A program made the position numbers and the translations under genes. 64,000 nucleotides of DNA. It comes from Nemertoderma westbladi (taxonomy: Eukaryota; Animalia; Xenacoelomorpha). Of the stretch, positions 41,026 to 51,159 are shown in pieces. The notes beneath the pieces were generated by a model. The model did not search any database, was not told the DNA's origin, and saw nothing but the letters and a program-made list of their open reading frames with translations. The DNA is taken from NCBI GenBank assembly GCA_032718475.1, contig JAUCBJ010000938.1, positions 44,368 through 108,367 on the forward strand, written 5' to 3'. Each line of letters begins with the position of its first letter. Position 1 is the first letter of the stretch.

Positions 41026-42200
41026 TAAAATTCATTTGTAAAAAAAATACTGTTTGTTGGTTGCCCGTTAGTATCAAAATGTAGATATGTATATATTATC
41101 AAGTCATCAGTACCACTTCCAATTTACCCGTGGCCCATCGATAACAAATTACTTTGACGATAAAATCTCAGACATTCAAGACGGATTTGGTTGAAACTTT
41201 GCATAATGATGTAGGGCGCTGGTGTGCAAGTTTCAACTCGAAACAATCACAAGCCAAATATAAACAGTAAACAATAAACCTATACACCCCCTAGCGGCGG
41301 ACTGGGATCCTTCCTAACAAAAACCCAGTCTGTGATTTAGAACATATAACCCATGTATCCATCCGAAAGAAGGGATGATAAACAATTAAGGTTTTTCATT
41401 TCAGAAATGTTTTCATTTCAGCCCACTAGCGGTAGACTTGAGAAGAGGCCCCTGCGGCGGGTTCACTGGGTCACGTAAAATGAACACATCTCCAATCAGA
41501 CTCTATGCAACGTTGGAGGTGTTTCAGTTGTCTCCCCTAGCTTGACACTTGAACGGAACCGCCTCCGCTTTGCAGGACAGTGCTTTCGCTGTGAGGATCA
41601 GCCAGTGTATAATCTTGTGCTTTGGCGGCCTGATGGAGAGAATAAGCATGATGGATAGACCATAACTTTCTTGAGACGCATCTTAACGGACACTACTGGC
41701 CTTGAAGATGCGGATGATCTAGCAAATGTCATGGGTGATAGGAAGTTCTGGCGGCGCGATTTTGCCGACAAGCCGGCACAGCATTCTTAAAAATGCAGCT
41801 GCAATGCAGCATGCCGATAGAAGTTAGTAGTAGGCCTATAGTAGGCCTACAGTTCATAAATAACGAAACACTTTTATTTTCAGAAATTTCGCCCACCAGC
41901 GGCAGACTGGAGAACTGTACACGGTAGTCTCCTTTGAAGGACACAGGAAGTGGTCTACAGTAGCACACACAGTACAGTATCTTACAAGTTTTAGCTTGAA
42001 CGGCGGCGTAGAAAGTTTCAGACAAACCCGTTTTTAATGACTGAGATACTGTAGACCTACAGTATAAGCATCAAAGTAATTTGCTATCGATCGGTCACGA
42101 GGAAGTTGGAAATGGAACTGATAAGATAATGTACATTTTCTAGTTTTTGATACTAACGGACCACCATGAAACAGTATATTTTTGCAAGTGAATTATTTTT
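41026..42200. mobile_element. Old fold-back/MITE-like DNA element with long imperfect inverted arms
   Basis: 41026-41158 is the imperfect reverse complement of ~42070-42200 (CCGTTAGTATCAAAA / TTTTGATACTAACGG; CAAATTACTTTGA / TCAAAGTAATTTG). 41164-41200 pairs with ~42012-42048. Confidence 0.7.
41452..41762 (+). mobile_element. RTE-clade LINE ORF2 C-terminal fragment nested in the fold-back element
   Basis: Hand translation LRRVHWVT*NEHISNQTL..ERNRLRFAGQCFRCEDQPVYNLVLWRP..DTTGLEDADDLANVMGDRKFWRR matches the RTE-type C-terminus (RRLRFAGHC..LWEP..DR..WR). In-frame stops are present. Confidence 0.75.
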
Positions 42201-43439
42201 CACCTGAAAAAAAAGTACAGTAATTGATATAAATCAATAAGACTAAAGTTACCAATCAGTAGTAAATTTGAATCTAAACGGTATAAATGTAAGAAAGTGA
42301 TACCCAGTAAACAAAGAACGAACACATAGTAAAATTAGTTGCTACAGTCTCGGGGTAACGCTGAAATTTAATTAAAATTATTACAATTGCAATAAAACTA
42401 AATCATTATCATTATCAGTCATGCCGCAATATACCGCAACTCTAGTCCTCTCTACGGGTTGCCCTCTTCTTAATGACGCTCAACAGAGTAAGAGATGTAA
42501 CGAAATAACAATTTTAGATTTTACATATTATTTATTTATTTATTTCTAATTTTTATATTTCATCAGTCAGTTGCTCCGTATATTTTATCAGTCAGTTTCA
42601 TTTGTTCCGCATATTTTATCAGTCAGAGTTATTCCACATATTGCAACATCGACATCGACGAATATTCCTTATATGTTGTGCTATATTTGAAAATATTCAT
42701 ATGTATGAATAAATACGTATACGTCGTTCAATTTCATAAAACTAAATCACTTATAGAGTTGAAAAACACTATATAGTAGACAACTCAATATTTTTCGATT
42801 ATGACGAAGTTGAGGATTTTGGATTTACAATAAATATCATTGTAACAATTATTAATAAAGTCGCAATGAGCTATCTCGTAGACGGTCAGTGATCCAACTT
42901 TCAGTCCAGAGATGAGATCCACTTCGCTGTATTGGTACGTGAGTTGGAAGATAACATTTTTATTCTTCTTTAATTGTTTCACAATTTTGAATACAGTACT
43001 GTAGTTTGAGTTTTGCCCACTCGGAATGTTTGGTTGGTTGGTCAGAATTTATATTTTCGCTTACAAATTTATTTGACATGCGTTTGAAAAGTGCCTTCAT
43101 CACATCCACACGGCACACGGTCCTTCCACACATATAATGATGACAAATCACCATAAATAATGCGGTGCGCCATGATAGTTCTTTATTATATATAATAAAT
43201 ATACTGTATAGTCAGTATTATAGGCATAACTTTGTGCATGTCTATTTTTCTTCATAAAGCCAATCACCCAGTAGTAGATCATTTTTTTTTTATTTTTATT
43301 TATTTATTTCTGAACAATTTACTACATTTCTACATACAATGTAGAATGTAGACGGTGGTTGGACGGGTAGGCCCATTACACCAGCCACCGTTAGCACTCA
43401 ACAATTGTAGCTGCACTAAGAAACGCATTACAAAAACAA

Positions 43440-44639
43440 TGTAAAAGCTTTTGCGGGATATAACTGGCCCTTTTGCTTCGCAATCCAGTTTCCCTTAATG
43501 CGCTCAAATACTCTAAAGAAAAACTCCCTAACTCAAAGGATGAAAGCTACCGGCTGATTGGCTGATTTGCCTAGCGACGGCCTCTTTGTTGGGTTCGATC
43601 AACCAACCAGAGCAAGGTCAACCAAGCAGAGCGATTCAGCCTTATGTTGGCTAAATCAATGTAATTGGCTGCAAAGGCTAGGGTGGTTTGGCATTTTAGA
43701 CGATTTGGAACCTGTGGAATATGGAACTCTGCCAATGAGAGCTTTTCCTTTCTGTGTTGAAATCTACCTGCAGCAGCTCACAGGGTTCAGTGTGTTGGTT
43801 TTCCTGATGCCATGAACATCGGCCATGGAATTATTCTGAATTATTCCAACATTAGAACGTCTTTAATTATAAGATCACATAACTGTTACCGGTACATGAC
43901 CAGCACTGGACAGCGTGAGGACCGGTACGGTACCTGCTGCTGTATTGCACATTATTTACTGCTATTTGCTGTTTGTTATTAAATGTATCATTCGTTTGCA
44001 TATTGTTATTTGGAGAATAACTATAAACGATCAGAAACCCCGATCTTCTTGATACACTAAGGTTAGAGAGACCGGCTACATATAGCAATTGCGGCTTATA
44101 TTATCGTGGTTTGTAGTGTGTAGTGAATTGAATGCTATTTTATAGGCCCTACAAATGCCGGTTGCTATTCTCTTTATATATGATTAAAATCAGTGACTAT
44201 CGGCAATTCAGTGTGCAGCGGTGTGCAATAGTCTGTATGTGCTTGTCCGCGTAACAAAGCATCTCCTAAAGAATGCGCCTTATGTGTAACTTATAATCCA
44301 TTCGTTGTGTTTAGTGTAAGCCATAGCTCTGTTTATATAGATAGAGCGCCACGTCCTAAAGGAACTGCTAATATTTCCCGAAAGTGAATAATATTTGTCA
44401 GAGATTATATATTAACGATCAATCGAATAGTACGGTAGGCCTGCACCGCAATCAAATTAAAGCATCCGAATCCAGTCTCCCGGGTATATCCAGCGGGTGA
44501 ATGGTCGCGCATAGACTGGCTTCGGCTAATGTTGGATTTATTTGTGTCAAATACTTGTCATAGGCTAAAGTCGATTTATAACCTAGAAGACATATAGATT
44601 TGGCGGGTTAAACTGCCAAAGGTCTTAAAAGCGCGAACA
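43440..44639 (+). repeat. 5' LTR (1200 bp)
   Basis: TGTAAAAGC...GCGCGAACA. No difference from the 3' copy seen by eye; the incidental 85-aa and 73-aa ORFs are identical in both copies at offset 10443. Confidence 0.96.
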
Positions 44640-44650
44640 GTAACAGTTAT
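44640..44650 (+). promoter_or_regulatory. Non-tRNA primer-binding site candidate GTAACAGTTAT, complementary to LTR 43879-43889 (ATAACTGTTAC)
   Basis: No TGG (tRNA CCA complement) follows the LTR. The 11-mer is an exact reverse complement of a site within the LTR. The function is inferred. Confidence 0.6.
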
Positions 44651-44922
44651 AGCTTCTTGATTGCGGCGTAAGCAATCAAGTTGATAGTACCGGTCGACCG
44701 GTAACCAGTAGGCCTGACTGCCTGATCATCCGGACCGGTACTTACTTACAGTACAGGTACAGCAGTATTATTTCGATTGTGATATATTGTATATTGTAGG
44801 CTGCCAGGGGAATAGGGATTGATCACCCCTCATTCTTTTGTATAGTTTACTTATTTCTGTCAGTTTTATTTACTAGTAGGCTAATATTGAGCAGAAGGCG
44901 TGTAACCCTGCTCAGATTGTAC

Positions 44923-45495
44923 AGATAATTTGTAGGCTGGACTGTTGTTCTGACTGTTGTTGGGTCTGAACGGATTGCAGTGCATGTAGAGTGTATGTCC
45001 GATAAAGTACGGTTAGGAAGTAGGGGCAGCCAGAGCTGTAAGGTCAATCCCCACCTAAAGAATAAGTCGTACTACCGTGTTAGAACGCATACTAACTAAC
45101 CATTTCGGAGTCTGCATGTCCTGTAGTTTATTTAGGCTTAATAGTAGTCTGCCAGCGTTTGGTCTGTACTTTGTTTGTGTAGTCTGTACGGGTAGCGTAT
45201 AATTTTATTTAGATAATTTGTAGGCTGGATAGTTGTCTGACTGTTGTTGGGTTTGAGGAAATTTCGGTGTGTGTAGAGCATCTGTCCGATAAAGTGTTGG
45301 GAACGTAGGGGCTTCAAGTGCTGTGAGGTAAACCCCCTGTGAAGGAATAAGTCGTACTACTAGGTTAGAACGCATACTAACTAATCATTTCGGAGTCTGC
45401 ATATACCGTAGTTTGTTTAGGCTTGATAGTAGTCTGTCAGTATTTGGTCTGCATTTTGTTTGAGTAGTTTGTACGCGTAGCGTAATATTTATTAT
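44923..45495 (+). other. Tandem 288-bp duplication; each copy can fold into a ~235-nt G-U-rich long hairpin
   Basis: Copies start at 44923 and 45211. Nested stems were checked by hand (44952-44970/45131-45149; 45239-45257/45416-45434; 45265-45277/45396-45408). Confidence 0.8.
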
Positions 45496-46441
45496 TCAGA
45501 GTTTATGCGATTATTCGCAACATTCATATCCCCAAGTTTATTCCTACAGTAATTGTGTTTGTTATACATACCGTTATAGTTAAACTAACCCCGGTACTAC
45601 ATCAGGGCTGCTCGGCGTAGGTAAAGACTGGAGATTTTGTGCTTTGGTCACTCCGGCAGATACCGTGGTTCTTTTAGCTGTTCAAGTATTTTTAACTACT
45701 GATTATTTGTTGTACAAGTACTTGTACCTAATTTAGGGTTTAGTGTACAGTGCTTTCCGAAAGCAATTAGTGTGTAGGCAGTATATTTGTGTTGTAAAGT
45801 GGTTAATAGGCACGTTGGTTCTGGTAGACCGCGGTAATTAATCTCTAGGTAGGAACACTCCGTGATACATAACGTAGTACCTATAGCGATACGGTTATAG
45901 GTCGTCAGGCGGTGGTATTTTCCTATCTGGACAACGCAGTATATTTACTACTACTTATTATTTTCAAATACCGTAGTAACCTGTCCGTCGTAATAACCAG
46001 ATATTCTAACCCTTTGTTAGGCTGGTTTGTAGATTCCCTGTAAAATTACCCTAAAAATTCGTATTTGTGTATTTGTAATTTTTGTGTTTATTTAGAGATT
46101 GTAATCTCACCCAGATTGTACGTAATTTGTAGTAATAAGTAACTTAGGTAAATTAGAATTATTTGTTTTAGTGTCCAATAATTAGCACTTCACTGAGAGC
46201 GCACAGCTTTTGTGTAGTGATTAATTCCCAGAAATAATAACATCTATTTCAATATTGTAACAAAACCCCTCATACGGGTACATATAAATCCACTAAATCT
46301 ATTAATAAAATAGTAGGCCTGTTATACAACACTTAGGTCTTAATATCAGTTGGACTGCTGCTCAAATAACGGTAATAAAGTAAGTAAAGTAACCAAGTAA
46401 CCCCTAACATTCAGAAATTCAATTATTTTTAAAATAATTGA

Positions 46442-46716
46442 CATACCGGTATTTACAATAGGCTTATTATATTTATTTCTATAAATTTGAGCTGAAATCA
46501 TACCGGTACTCTGTAATTAATTCTAGTCCATAATTATACTTATATATACTATCAGTGTAAGCTGTATACCGGTATTCACGATAGGCCTATTATATATTTA
46601 TATATATTTGTGCTAAAATTATATACCGGTACTCTGTGACAAACCTAGTTTACAATACTTATATATACTATAAGTGTATACCGGTATTCTAATATATTGT
46701 AATTAATTACCGGTAC
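46442..46716. repeat. Diverged ~123-bp tandem duplication carrying six TACCGGTA palindromes just upstream of ORF1
   Basis: TACCGGTA at 46444, 46501, 46567, 46624, 46679 and 46708. Confidence 0.8.
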
Positions 46717-46794
46717 TAGGCTAACAGTGATACTGAATTACTAGACTTGCTTTGACTGTAATATAGCAGTAGGCATTCAACTGTACAATCAAAC

Positions 46795-47931
46795 ATGTCT
46801 GACACAAAACGGGCACTGTCGGATAGTTCGGATCCCCTTCTCATCCTTCCTGTAGCCGTACTCAAAAGGGTATTGATTGCGGTGGAGGAGCACCAGATGG
46901 ATTGGGCGAAAAGTGAGCGATCGACCAAGGATAGTTATGCGGGATACACGAAGGAGGAACTGAAGTCTATTGTCGAGACGCAATGGAATTTCCCCGGACC
47001 CGGACTCCCGTTTAACTTATCGAAAGCTGGCTGGGAGGACTTATACAGGATGGGAGTGGTATGGAACACTAGGGATTCGGCTAGGTTGAAGGAGTCGGCA
47101 GCAGGATATGTACGGAGATTCTTCAGCTCTCTGTTGCGATTGGAGGAGCAGATGTTTCAGCGGCCTCACGGACCTCGGGAGCAGGAAGAGCTGTTTTATC
47201 AAGTTCGCGAACAAGTTCTGTGGATCAGACTAATTCTTTTAGCCTATAAGAAAGTCTCAAGGATAAGCCAAGATACGTCGTTGCGGGTCGCCGTAAAGAC
47301 TTGGTTCTGGCGAGTGAGTCTTAAAGTCCAAGAAACGACTCAATGGAAAGCTCTGCTAACCGAGCACATGACCCAAGGAGAATCAACAGACGCTGTCTTT
47401 TCTCAAGTGGAAGGCGAAGCGACGGCAGAGAAACCTCAGAAGAAGGACGCAAGAGTTACGTCATCTGATGAAGGCGATACCACTGATCCTGAAGGCGGAG
47501 GAAATAAATCTCGTTCAAGCAGGCGTAGGAGAATGCCACACTGTCCGAAGTTACCTATTTTGCCTCCTGCGGTGAGACTAGCTAGCACAGACTTAGGTAG
47601 TACAGAACCCACAGACCAAATTATTACAGTAGAAAGACTCCCTACTGTAGTAGATGAGCCTGAAATAATTAGGCCTGTTCTTGAAATCACCCCTTCGGTG
47701 ATAGAGACACCTGTGCTCCCAGAACCTGCCTATAAATTCCCTTTGTACAGTACTAAACTACCTGTGCCCAGTAGGACTGTTCCCGAGTCCGAACCCGTCC
47801 TGGACGCCGAGCGAGATATCAAGAATTTATCGCCCGTCGTCTCTCGCTCGCCCGCTACTACGTTGGCGACTCCCGCTTCGGCGGTTGAGTGGGTAGCTGA
47901 CGGGAGATGGGTCTCCTGCTCGAGCAGCTGA
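46795..47931 (+). CDS. Retroelement ORF1, 378 aa, unknown function (helical-looking N-terminal ~195 aa, basic RSSRRRR patch, Pro/Ser/Thr/Glu-rich tail); possibly the N-terminal part of Gag
   Basis: Uninterrupted ORF inside the LTR element, overlapping ORF2 by 25 nt. No family recognised. Confidence 0.65.
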   Translation: MSDTKRALSDSSDPLLILPVAVLKRVLIAVEEHQMDWAKSERSTKDSYAGYTKEELKSIVETQWNFPGPGLPFNLSKAGWEDLYRMGVVWNTRDSARLKESAAGYVRRFFSSLLRLEEQMFQRPHGPREQEELFYQVREQVLWIRLILLAYKKVSRISQDTSLRVAVKTWFWRVSLKVQETTQWKALLTEHMTQGESTDAVFSQVEGEATAEKPQKKDARVTSSDEGDTTDPEGGGNKSRSSRRRRMPHCPKLPILPPAVRLASTDLGSTEPTDQIITVERLPTVVDEPEIIRPVLEITPSVIETPVLPEPAYKFPLYSTKLPVPSRTVPESEPVLDAERDIKNLSPVVSRSPATTLATPASAVEWVADGRWVSCSSS

Positions 47932-50642
47932 GGGAACACTGTTTGTGCTCCTCTCAGCAGGTCCGGGAAATGGAAGAGACTGTTCAGCAGCTCAAGGGAA
48001 CAGTAAGGGAAAGTAGGTTAGAGTTGCAAAAGGTGCAGCAAAGTATCGCGTTAGAACGCGATAAATTAGTCAATTTACAAAAGGGTATACCACCACCCCC
48101 TGTAACAATGTGTCAACCCGTTAGGTCTGAAGTATCTCATGCGCAAGGTGTGGAGCCTACACGCATCTATACTGCTAGTGAAGTAGAAACTCCTATAGTA
48201 AACCCTATTCAGGGTGATTATAAACCTGTTGATAATAATATTCCATATAGACCTGATCATAATCCGAGAAACTTATATACCGATAATTCTATATTCAATA
48301 ATACGATGGCTCAAGAAAGTTTTACGCGTCAAATGGCTAGAACCGAAGCCCGTCAAGCGGTAAAGGTTGGAGAGATCGTCAAGTTCAATGGAGATGAGAT
48401 GAAATGGTTACCTTTTAATGAATATTACAAAGATAACATACAGAATTCTGTGCTATCTAACGGAGAGAAACTCAGATACCTCATCGAATGCTTGGAAGGA
48501 CCTCCCAAGTTAATGGCGTTAAAGTTTATTGGACATCCAGATGGATTAAGACAAGTTTGGGATACAATAAACATCAGGTATGGTAATAGGACTAACATAG
48601 CTAGGTATTTGTATGCGAAATTAATGGCGCCCCGAAAGTTTCTTAGCAGCGGGATTATAGAGTTTTCCGATGAGATTCAGGAGATCTGTAGACAGCTAGA
48701 TTGGTTAGGTAAGTCTCATGAATACCAGAACTCTATGGTTGTAGGAGCCTTAGCATCTACTTTACCAAAGGGTGGAGTAGGTACACGCTGGGACAAGAAA
48801 GTGTTATATGTGATGGAACAACAACAACGAGACCCTACCATGGCTGATCTCATGTCATTCTTGGATGGCGAAGTGAAATTACAGCTCATAAAGCAGTCCA
48901 GAGAGAAAACACCGGAAAACAAGGTAAGTGAGAAACCCGTCTCTAGGAGAAAGGTAACACCAGTGTGTTATACAGACGACGGCGAAAGCCAGACTGCTCA
49001 AGGAGAGGATAGCGGGAAAGATACTGAAAGATCTTACTATGACAACAAAGCGACTAAGGACGTAAGTAAATTCAAGTCTCGAACCAATGACAGGAGAGAA
49101 CAGGTAAGAAAAACTCCTCCTACGTCTCCTAAGAGAATTCATGTAAGAAATCCCGAGGAAAGAACGAACGTGCACCACACAGCACATGTTAAAGTAAGTA
49201 ACATCAAGCCCAAATGTGTGCTGTGCGACGGGCCCCACCGTTTAAATGCGTGTGATGAATTCCTGAGGAAATCACTAAAGGATAGACGTGAAGTCATGTG
49301 GGATAAGCGGTTGTGTTATAATTGCCTCAGACGAGGACACCAACGGCGAACCTGTTACTCCGACGCAAGGTGTGCAAAGTGCGGTGCGAAACATAATATC
49401 TTGTTGCACACTGAATTCGAGCGAAATAGTCCGAGTCAGGTGAGTGATTTCGAACTACATGTCCAATTCAGTGATGTGAACGACACTGATCAATCTGAGA
49501 TGGAAGGATTCTATACGGACGAGTTCTCCGACGAAAACGAATCCTGTTACATGATAAATACCGCAGTGTATCGAGCACTCACTTATGAAAAAGATACAGA
49601 AAGTGACCTCACTCTAACTACTTCTGATCGACAACCATCTTGGAAAGCGCCAACTTCCAATGTAGGGATTAGAGAATTTCCTGTGGTACAGATAAGGGTC
49701 CACGGACCAAAAAGGAGTTATGTAGTGAACGCCCTCCTTGACTCCGGTAGTACAGGAACATTCATCGACAACGAGCTAGCCGAAGACATATTTGCTGGAC
49801 AACCCAAGTTCCGAACTAAGCTAAACATGTCAGGAATTATGCCGGTTTGGAAATCTACAGTAACAGCGGATTATTATGTAGGCGCGTTGTCCACCCCCCA
49901 GGATGAACTAGGAGAACACAGCATAAGGTCAGTAAAAATGGTAGCGATAAAGAACTTCGCGACCAGCCAAGTGGAACCTTATAACTGGGATGAGGACGAT
50001 TTCACCCAGCAGCTTGAAATACCTAGATTCAACACCGATTACCCTGGAGTCCAAATACTCATCGGTCAAAATGCGCATGAAGCGCTCGAGACATTGGAGA
50101 AACGGCCTGCTCAACCGCAACCACTACAAGTCTATGCGGGAAGAACTAGAGTAGGTTGGTACTTTACTGGCCCTTCTCGTAGAACTCTTATAGAAAGATT
50201 ACCAAAAGAACAGGTATATCAATTAAGTGAACGGGAAGTGGAGAGCAGTGAAGTTGACGACCCAACTGAGGGAACACCATACTCCTCAGATAATGACGAC
50301 ATCAACTCCAATGTAGATCAATGGAGACATTGCCCCGAGACGATCAATCTAGCCGACATCGCCTCCAGAGGAGCAACTCCTCAAGAACTGACAGATACTC
50401 CAGACTGGTTAGGTGAACCCGACTTCCTAAGTAAAGAAGATGAATGGCCTCCCCATCTTAACCCGGCGAAGATTAGACAGGCCAAGGGAGCGGAGAAAGT
50501 AACACAACCACTCAATCGCCCAGCTGGTCGTTTATGTTTACTGGAAAGAGACCGAAAACTGTCCGGAAACTATGGAAGGCAAGATACTCTTCCCACGACC
50601 ACCTCCCTAATCCAACAAATATCTAGGGACTCCATAACGTAA
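47907..50642 (+). CDS. BEL/Pao Gag-protease polyprotein, 911 aa, with RT, most of RNase H and integrase missing
   Basis: Coiled coil. DUF1759-like Gag core (KFNGDEMKWLPF..LSNGEKLRYLIECLEG..RYGN). Pao triple Cys/His cluster CVLCDGPHRLNAC..CYNCLRRGHQRRTC..CAKCGAKHNILLH from 49215. Aspartic protease ALLDSGS (~49731) with ILIGQN and RTRVGW. RNase H tail WRHCPETINLADIASRG (~50322). Pol terminus-like RPAGRLCLL (~50517). No YxDD or DDE motif. Confidence 0.9.
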   Translation: MGLLLEQLREHCLCSSQQVREMEETVQQLKGTVRESRLELQKVQQSIALERDKLVNLQKGIPPPPVTMCQPVRSEVSHAQGVEPTRIYTASEVETPIVNPIQGDYKPVDNNIPYRPDHNPRNLYTDNSIFNNTMAQESFTRQMARTEARQAVKVGEIVKFNGDEMKWLPFNEYYKDNIQNSVLSNGEKLRYLIECLEGPPKLMALKFIGHPDGLRQVWDTINIRYGNRTNIARYLYAKLMAPRKFLSSGIIEFSDEIQEICRQLDWLGKSHEYQNSMVVGALASTLPKGGVGTRWDKKVLYVMEQQQRDPTMADLMSFLDGEVKLQLIKQSREKTPENKVSEKPVSRRKVTPVCYTDDGESQTAQGEDSGKDTERSYYDNKATKDVSKFKSRTNDRREQVRKTPPTSPKRIHVRNPEERTNVHHTAHVKVSNIKPKCVLCDGPHRLNACDEFLRKSLKDRREVMWDKRLCYNCLRRGHQRRTCYSDARCAKCGAKHNILLHTEFERNSPSQVSDFELHVQFSDVNDTDQSEMEGFYTDEFSDENESCYMINTAVYRALTYEKDTESDLTLTTSDRQPSWKAPTSNVGIREFPVVQIRVHGPKRSYVVNALLDSGSTGTFIDNELAEDIFAGQPKFRTKLNMSGIMPVWKSTVTADYYVGALSTPQDELGEHSIRSVKMVAIKNFATSQVEPYNWDEDDFTQQLEIPRFNTDYPGVQILIGQNAHEALETLEKRPAQPQPLQVYAGRTRVGWYFTGPSRRTLIERLPKEQVYQLSEREVESSEVDDPTEGTPYSSDNDDINSNVDQWRHCPETINLADIASRGATPQELTDTPDWLGEPDFLSKEDEWPPHLNPAKIRQAKGAEKVTQPLNRPAGRLCLLERDRKLSGNYGRQDTLPTTTSLIQQISRDSIT

Positions 50643-51159
50643 CAACATACGGAGTGGGTGTGTGACTACATTATTTTATATTTATTTTATTATTTTATAT
50701 TATGTATGTATTATTATGTAATTTTATTATAATCGTTTTCTTTAATTTTATTTAGTAGAATGTTATTTAGTGATTATTTAGTAGATTAGTGCAATATATT
50801 AGTGTTTATTACTTAATTACTTATATATTATATTTAGTGCGACGGCGAGAAATAATTCTTTTTCTCTTTCCTTACTGTCCGTATCATATTATAAATACGT
50901 GACTACAGTAAGATGAAATATCCGTACTTATTAAAGTACAATAAAGCCACTACTATATTTAAGTATTATTGGTAGGCAGAGTATTAGGAATGCAAAGTTC
51001 AGATCCTCGTGTCTCGGCTATACCAAGCTCTGGGTAGACCTTGGAAACGACTTGCCTCTTCACACTGACATTGCTTCGTGCGATATTGCTCTCATACCGT
51101 ATATTAAATAATACATATAGTAGCGTGATGTCCCTTTAACAGTAGCGTAAAACGCAAAA

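Noticed and set aside
40766-41102. Hydrophobic F/L/Y-rich and K-rich ORFs
   Set aside because: Translations of an A-rich low-complexity tract.
42785-43154. Two small minus-strand ORFs as exons of a gene
   Set aside because: No recognisable homology or convincing splice pattern; left unannotated.
43558-44088. Duplicated 85-aa and 73-aa genes (also at 54001-54531)
   Set aside because: They lie inside the LTRs, start at TTG, and are duplicated only because the LTR is.
47901-47931. Canonical -1 programmed ribosomal frameshift
   Set aside because: No slippery heptamer in the only window where both frames are open.
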